Shown: positions 33,793 to 64,000 of the stretch, in pieces
How the letters are laid out: the number at the start of each line of letters is the position of its first letter
Position numbering within the stretch: the first letter of the stretch is position 1
From: Yuukianura sp. NJ FZ-2021
Taxonomy: Eukaryota
Assembly (NCBI GenBank): GCA_046563655.1
Contig: CM102286.1
Location: forward strand, 11,656,001-11,720,000
DNA: 64,000 nt
Direction of reading: 5' to 3'
Program-made: the position numbers and the translations under genes
Notes under the pieces: model-generated
The model's input: only the letters and a program-made list of their open reading frames with translations
The model's database searches: none
Told to the model about the DNA's origin: nothing

Positions 33793-34204
33793 GAATGTTC
33801 GTTGACAACGGAAGGTTAATTTTCTTTAACAGGTTAAGTACTATCTCGCTTGTTGACAAAAAAATGAAAAACCACAAATTGGTACCAATTTGTATGCGAA
33901 ATTGTAAAAAATTGGCTGTATTGGTATCACTATGATGCCAGGAAATGAAAAATTGCAAAATCGGAATAACATGAGGTATTTCCAAACCTGTTAAAGAAAA
34001 TCAAAGTCAACAAACCTGGTTCCATGTGATTTGGTCAGAAAGTGAAAAGATCAAAAGTGAAATGATCAGAAAAAAAAGGTCAGAAAAGGAAGGAACGTAA
34101 CCAAACCTAACCTGAGATCTTTTGAATTCTGACCTTTTCACTTCTGATCATTTCACTTCTGACCAAATATTTCTGACCATTTCACCTGCTACGAACAAAC
34201 CTTG
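33793..34204. mobile_element. P-element-like MITE copy, interrupted by a Mutator-like insertion
   Basis: Colinear with 44807-45094 (aattttctttaaca...ttgacaaaaaaa...accaatt.gtatgc.aaatt...atgaggtat...cctgttaa.gaaaatcaaa.gtcaa.aaaccttg). The left terminus is degenerate. Confidence 0.7.
34018..34193. mobile_element. Mutator(MULE)-like MITE with 9-bp TSD
   Basis: AACAAACCT duplicated at 34009-34017 and 34194-34202. Foldback arms of GGTCAGAA / TTCTGACC repeats surround a central AACCAAACCTAACCT. Confidence 0.8.
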
Positions 34205-37200
34205 AGCGCTGTTAATTCAATTCCTGCTCTTACTGCACACAAAGTGCTTCCAAATTCAGCTTCCAGTAGAGCACCACGCGGGCTGTAAAGCGTCATGTGC
34301 AAAAAGCTTCAAAGAATTTCAAGTGCCAGCCCTTAACTGGTCTTCGGAGGTTTGAAGATGATGAAGATGATGCCATAAGAGCCATAAGGAATTACCAAGA
34401 GTTAGGTAATTCCTAACCCTATTAGGTAATTTTGCTAAAAACCCACCCACAGCTCCGTACACACACACCTTTCCAATTTTCAAAAACCTCAAGCACCAAG
34501 GTTGATTCGAACCCTTGACTTGACCCCCAACTTATTCGGTCATGCCGATCATCTCCAGTGCCCTCTGAAGTGGTTTCCATGCCCTATGCTCTTACGCAAC
34601 AACGACATTTTGGCAAACACTCCTAATGGGCCCCACGCTTCGGATGGATTAATCAAACACCTACTTCACCCATTCCAGCGTCCTTCCAGTCACAGATTTT
34701 GACAAACCTTTTGTTCCAGGCACTCCAGCGCTGGAAATGACTGGAACTGATGAAGGCTATGTTTACTTGCGGGGGAGGATGGCCTAGTGGCCTTCCTTGT
34801 TAAAACCCTAATGAATTCCAACTAAAAGTGACTTTTTGGACTCGAGAAGACTGGAACTTGAGTTTGGGATCCTTCATCTGAAGTGACGGTTTCATTAGAA
34901 TTTAGGAAAGACTAGATAGAAAACGGCGTTAAGCCACGCGCACACTCTGCTTAGGATTAGTGAAGCCCGTGACACGTTCGAATGAACGGGAAGTGCTTCT
35001 GGTCCTTCCAAATGTTTCACAAGAAGTGAAAGCATTGAAAAAATTTTTGCAAGGACTTGTACATCCCTAGAGGACAAAAAATAATCTTGTGATTCTCGTA
35101 GTTGCAAAAAAAATTGTCTACTTTTTCTGCAAGTTGTTCTCTTTTCTCTTGTAAAAACAAAATTTTTAATGAAACCACGCCGCCGTTTTTCTCTAGAGTG
35201 GAATACAGTCATGTATACAAATTTTGAAAGAAAACAAAAGAAAATATATGAAAACTGAGAAAGTTCGTAAACAAATTTCGGGATTTAATTCTGAGGCTTT
35301 CCCATTCTTCATCAACAACGTGCTTTCTCCTCGGAAAGTAAAACCGTTTCATTCATTGGTTTGAATGGCCTTCCTTCCCGCCACTGTGAAAAAAGTGTAG
35401 CGTTTGAGGTTCCATATGGCCCAAAAACAGTTGAATTCTGACAAGGTCAACTTTCTCCCGTCTGCTTTCACTCCTCGTGAAATTGTCAATGAAATTCAGC
35501 AGAAAAGCATGAGAGGCCTCGGTTCCAGTCAATTCAACTTCCAGGACGCCTGGAACAGAGAGCAGTTTTTGGCGTTGAGAAAGCATGAATGAAACACGAA
35601 ATGAAGTTCGAAGGTTGAACTGACCTACTTCTCCAAACTTATACTGCCTAATGTGTCACACGACTTTTCTGGACGGAAACTTAGCCACCGTGTTGAATGT
35701 CTGAACCGACGTTCGATTTTGAAAATTGGACTAGTTTATGTTTCTGTCCGACTTTACATTGTTTCGAGCCTTGACATATGGATTTATTCGATGGTTCAAA
35801 ACAATCAGTACACGATGTTCCGTGCATTAGTGTCCTGGAATCCGTCCTAACTAAACATTACAAACGCTGCTTGAGTTCGGTTTGCCGCTGCGAGATAGAA
35901 AGCTCCAGTAGCTGAAGGAGTTAGCTCAAATGACCTTCATCTTTAACGTTTTTTTTTAGCAGTGATGTTGTTCATCTATGAAACTAATCTGGAAATTGGC
36001 AGTTGGCATTTTGTTTAGGGCGTGGCACTTTGGGGAGTCATTGAATTAAATTGAGTTGTTGTTGGAAAGCAAAACAACAAAAAACGAAAACTCGCCCAAA
36101 ATAGTATTTTGAAACCCCAGCTTCCTGGCCTTTGATTAACTCTAAATTTTGGCATCTGAAACAATGCCAAACCAACCGTTGCAAATTGAATTTCAAGCTT
36201 CCGTTTGCACTTCACATTTAATAGGGGCAGAAGTTCATGATGGCGGACAGGTAGAGTGCTTGAGGAAAATGACGACATAGGTTTAAGTGAAAATTTACAA
36301 ATTCTTGTGACGTCTTTTCAGGTTTGTTCTTAGTCACTTTTGAAAATGCGGCGTAAAACGTGCGCTTTCTACTTCGTAAAGAAATGATTGTGCCAAAAAC
36401 GAAAAAAAAAATTCGTGAACAGATTGCCCCTACAAATGGTTTTTAATGTGCCAGTCGAATTTCAAAACTCAAAATTTTAGTTTACGAAATAATTTCTATG
36501 GATTCGAAAAAGTAACGATTATTCGTAACAACGGCAATTTAATAAAAACAAGCGAAAAGGTAAGTTTTCAGGTAAGTTAACAGTAAACGATAAGTTATGA
36601 ATGTCGGTGTATGTCGTAAATCTGATGTCGTAATTGCGTAATGCATAAAATGTGTCAAAACTTTCAGGCACTCCACATTTTTTTTCTTACATTCATAAAT
36701 ACTATGCCGTAATTTTATATTTGCCACAATTTTGATTGAATATTTTTCAAAATTGCTGTGTTTTCTATGGGTTAGACTCCAGCAGACACAATGGCGACGT
36801 TGTTTGGTGAATTGAAGAGAATATATTTTGGTAACCCTGAAACCGTGGATGACTTGGAAGCCCTTGAAAGGCCCGTTGGACTGAAAGTGAAAGTCCCCAT
36901 GGTGAAAGTATACGAAGCCCTTCCGCCCACCATCTAATGGCAGGAGACCAAGGGATTTTGACTGGGAACTTCACTATTGATCCACAGAGTGGCAATGGAT
37001 GCGCAGTCCAGCCGAGCCCTCTTCCTTCGAGACTCCAGCATTCCGGGACTTTCTGGATATCTGGTGGAAAAATTCCTGGATTCCTGGAGAAGGAAAAGAT
37101 GAAAGGATTGTGTGGAAAGAGCCAAACGTGAGCATTAGAGCACCACCACGCACAAGACAGGAAATATGGAATATTTAAGGAGCGGAAGAAAGCTAAGGAC

Positions 37201-40200
37201 TCCAGGAAAACAGTACTTTCCAAGAGAGCTCAAGGGGAGACATGTATTGATGTATTGTTCTAATGGTAGCATTCCAGTAATGGGCATAGAATGATACACA
37301 TTCAAGGAAATCAGCCTAAAAATTGGAACTTACTCAATCTCTGCCAAATTGCAATTAATTAGGGACTTATGCTAGCAATTAGCTTTCAACATTGTCAAAA
37401 ATCTTTGTTTCTAAAACACTACTACAAAAATAATAATACGAGGTACAATGAAATACCAGTTACATAGCAGTATGTTACCAAAAAAAAAGAAAAAGAAAAA
37501 AAAAGTTTCGAACAAAAACTGAAAATTTGGCTTGTCTGTTTAAAATTTTCTAAAAGTTTTCCTAAAACAACTCAAACGATAATTTAGCCTAGACAAAAAT
37601 TCATTTTTCATTTCGGATTTTTTCCCCAGGATTGGCAAGTTCAATCTTTTTGATGAATTCTTATAACACTACAATAACTTGTAACTTTATATAACAGCTT
37701 ACATTAATTAGACATAACTTAAATATATAAATGTTGCATAAGAATACAAATACACATATATGCAGAATATTAAATTTTAAAAAATAAATACGAGTGCTAG
37801 TGCCATGCCGGTAGCAGTTTTTTCGGTATTCAGTATACCTTGATATTTACGGTATTTCACTACTTCTTACTGTGAAACAAAAAAAAAACTTGTCAAAAAA
37901 TATTATTTTTGAAAAATACAGCCAAAAAACCCTCAAAACTTTGAGTTCCTATCGTTTCGAGGACCAATTTAGAATTTGAAATTGACATTTACAAATTACA
38001 AGAGAAATTGAACTTGAGCTGAAGTGGTGTGCGGTTCAAAATTACAAATGAAGTTTGCCCAAAACCAATGTTGACAATACGGAAATTCAGAGCAGAAGCA
38101 AATTTAGACTGAAAGGTTTCAGCACATGCATAGGTATTTTCTATGTGCTTGAAACACTTTACAAAGTTATTTGCTACAAAGTTTACCTAAACTTCTTTCA
38201 AATTCAAATTCATCAAAACCAAAATGTCAATTTTAATATCGGAGCAAGTTACGAACATGATTTCATTACTACCAAAAAGTTCAATTTTCTCATATGTCAT
38301 TTCCGGCAGGAAATTGAATTAGAGTACAAAAATACTCGTGTGTGCATACACAACACAACTATGCTAAAAACAACTGAAAATTTTCAAAGCTTCAAATCTT
38401 GTCAAAACTTCGAGTTTGCAAAACGTCGAAAAAGTAACTAACTTTTTTCAAACTGTTGACAACCTTTATAACTTACAAGTTCACTTTTACTAAATGCAAA
38501 AGTTGAAGTTCTGACTTTTCGAAAAAATACAACACTAATACAATAGCAGCACTGACTACACTGTTAGACCTTTTAGTTACTGAATACTATAATATATTAA
38601 AATAGTGTAGTGGTAACTTATAATATAGTAATAATTTCATTATAACTATTAATATGAAACAAATAGTTAACCTTAACCGCATTTGACACCTTTTTTACAG
38701 CACAAAACCAGTACAGCGAAAACTGGGTACATAAAAAAGTCTTAAAATTTAATGAATAATAAGCAAAGGGTTTGCCGGTTATTTGGTTTTCCTTTTAAAA
38801 AGTGCAAAAGAACAAAGTGAACTCAATTTTCACTTTCTCCGTTCTTTCCAGATCAAATTCTTGCCTGATTTTTGTGAAAGTCTTTGGGAGTCTGGAAATG
38901 AAGCCTTTCATTCCACTGAAGAATGGGCGGATAACGAAGAAAAGAGAAAGCCATACCCACAACTCCACTTTCTCCCACGCTCAAATTAGATTTATGGAAT
39001 GGCACATTCTAAAACCTTTTTTCTTCAAGGTTGCACCAACAAAAAAACCGTGTGGCAATAACCCTGCTGTGTTTTATAAAATTTACTTTCTACTTTAGAG
39101 GTATGCAGGGAAAAAAGAAATTTGGGAATATGGATTCTAGAGATAGAGATGCTTTAGTACATGAACCATTTGGAGTAATCGAATCAAAACGCCCAACTCC
39201 CAGTCACTGGATCATAAATAATAAATACTGACAGTTCAACCCACTCACGATCCCCACTTTACTTCCTACAACCACTTTATTTGCACAATTTCATTATAGA
39301 CGGAATCTACCAAAAACTGAACCGGATTAGCGGATCTCCTGCAGCAAAATACGCTTCCGTCTGTGCACACTCCTACTCCAAAAGTTCGCATTTTGAAAGT
39401 TATAAAAAAAATGTAAAATTCCCTGAAAAAAAAACGAATTATGGATGACTTACTATATTTTGAAAAAACGAATTAGGAAAAATCCTGAACTTTTAAGCTT
39501 CTGTAACTATGAAACGCTTTTTCAAAAAATAAATAAATAAATGAACATAACGAAACGCGGAGATTATAGCAAAAACCTTAAAATTTTGAATTCTTTTGAT
39601 TCAGACAGGTTAACTGCGCTTTTGTGCCGATAAAATTGATGTTTTTGACACTTTTTTACGTTTAGCTATACTTTTTAATAGTTTACCTTTCACCATTTGC
39701 TTTGGTTAATAATAAATTAGAATAAATTAGCACCTAAAACTAAAAACAAAAACAAATTTTACGAATAAACAAAAATATCTGAAATTCCTATTCAATATGT
39801 TTTTTTTTCAAACAAAACACTTACCTAATTTACGTATTAAACGTTTGTTGGTGTAAGCAATCTAACGCCTACAACAACCTTAATGTTTTTTTTTTACTTA
39901 ATAGCTTTTTCCTATTTTAGTTTTCCTAATTGTAAAACACACGTCTAAAAATTTTCTAAAACTTTTTCCTCCGTTTTTAAACAAACGTTTACCAAATTCT
40001 AAACCAGTTTCAAATATTTCGCTATTTCGTTTCATTTTTTTTGTTTACCACATTAGCAAAAATTCCGGTTTCAAAAAGTATATTTCACTTTTGTACCCTA
40101 TAATTTCTGTTTCTTTTCCACAAATTTCGTGTTTCATTTTCATTTAAACATGTTATAAACGGCGTATCCAATCCTAGCAGTAGCTGACTAACTTAGATGT

Positions 40201-40420
40201 TAACTACGTAGCCTTAACGTTAACTTTTAATTAATCTTTGAACTAAATAACTATCTAACTTTGTTTCAAATCACATCCACTTTAACTTTTGCTACTCTGC
40301 ATTTTAACTTTGGCAAATAAATCATTGTAGGGCGCGCTGTTGCCATTTTAAAGCCGCGAATACAGTCGATTGTCGGGTGAAAACAAGGATTATAAAAATG
40401 TTTTTTGGATTTAGTGAGTT

Positions 40421-63944
<23,524 letters not shown>

Positions 63945-64000
63945 CTAAAATTCAAAAACAAGCCACTTAGAATTCACTCAGGACAAAAATTAAGATTAAT

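Overview
AT-rich eukaryotic DNA, probably from an invertebrate/arthropod (inferred from the Spred/Alk motifs and scattered CCTAA units). Four intron-containing genes were reconstructed exon by exon with consistent splice phases. (1) Elongator subunit Elp1/IKBKAP, minus strand, running off the left edge. (2) A complete MELK kinase, plus strand, head-to-head with Elp1. (3) SPRED, minus strand, with a GC-AG intron and an uncertain first exon. (4) The 3' part of the receptor tyrosine kinase ALK, minus strand, running off the right edge. Non-coding DNA holds many small DNA-transposon derivatives. These are six hAT-type MITEs with perfect 8-bp target-site duplications (one nested in another), an internally deleted pogo/Tigger element, a 9-bp-TSD Mutator-like MITE inserted in a P-like MITE, a two-copy MITE with an ANT target, and a solo Tc1 IR/DR end. 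I saw no prokaryotic features, CRISPR arrays or RNA genes, and no clearly new biological system. The best leads are splicing and transposon-architecture observations.
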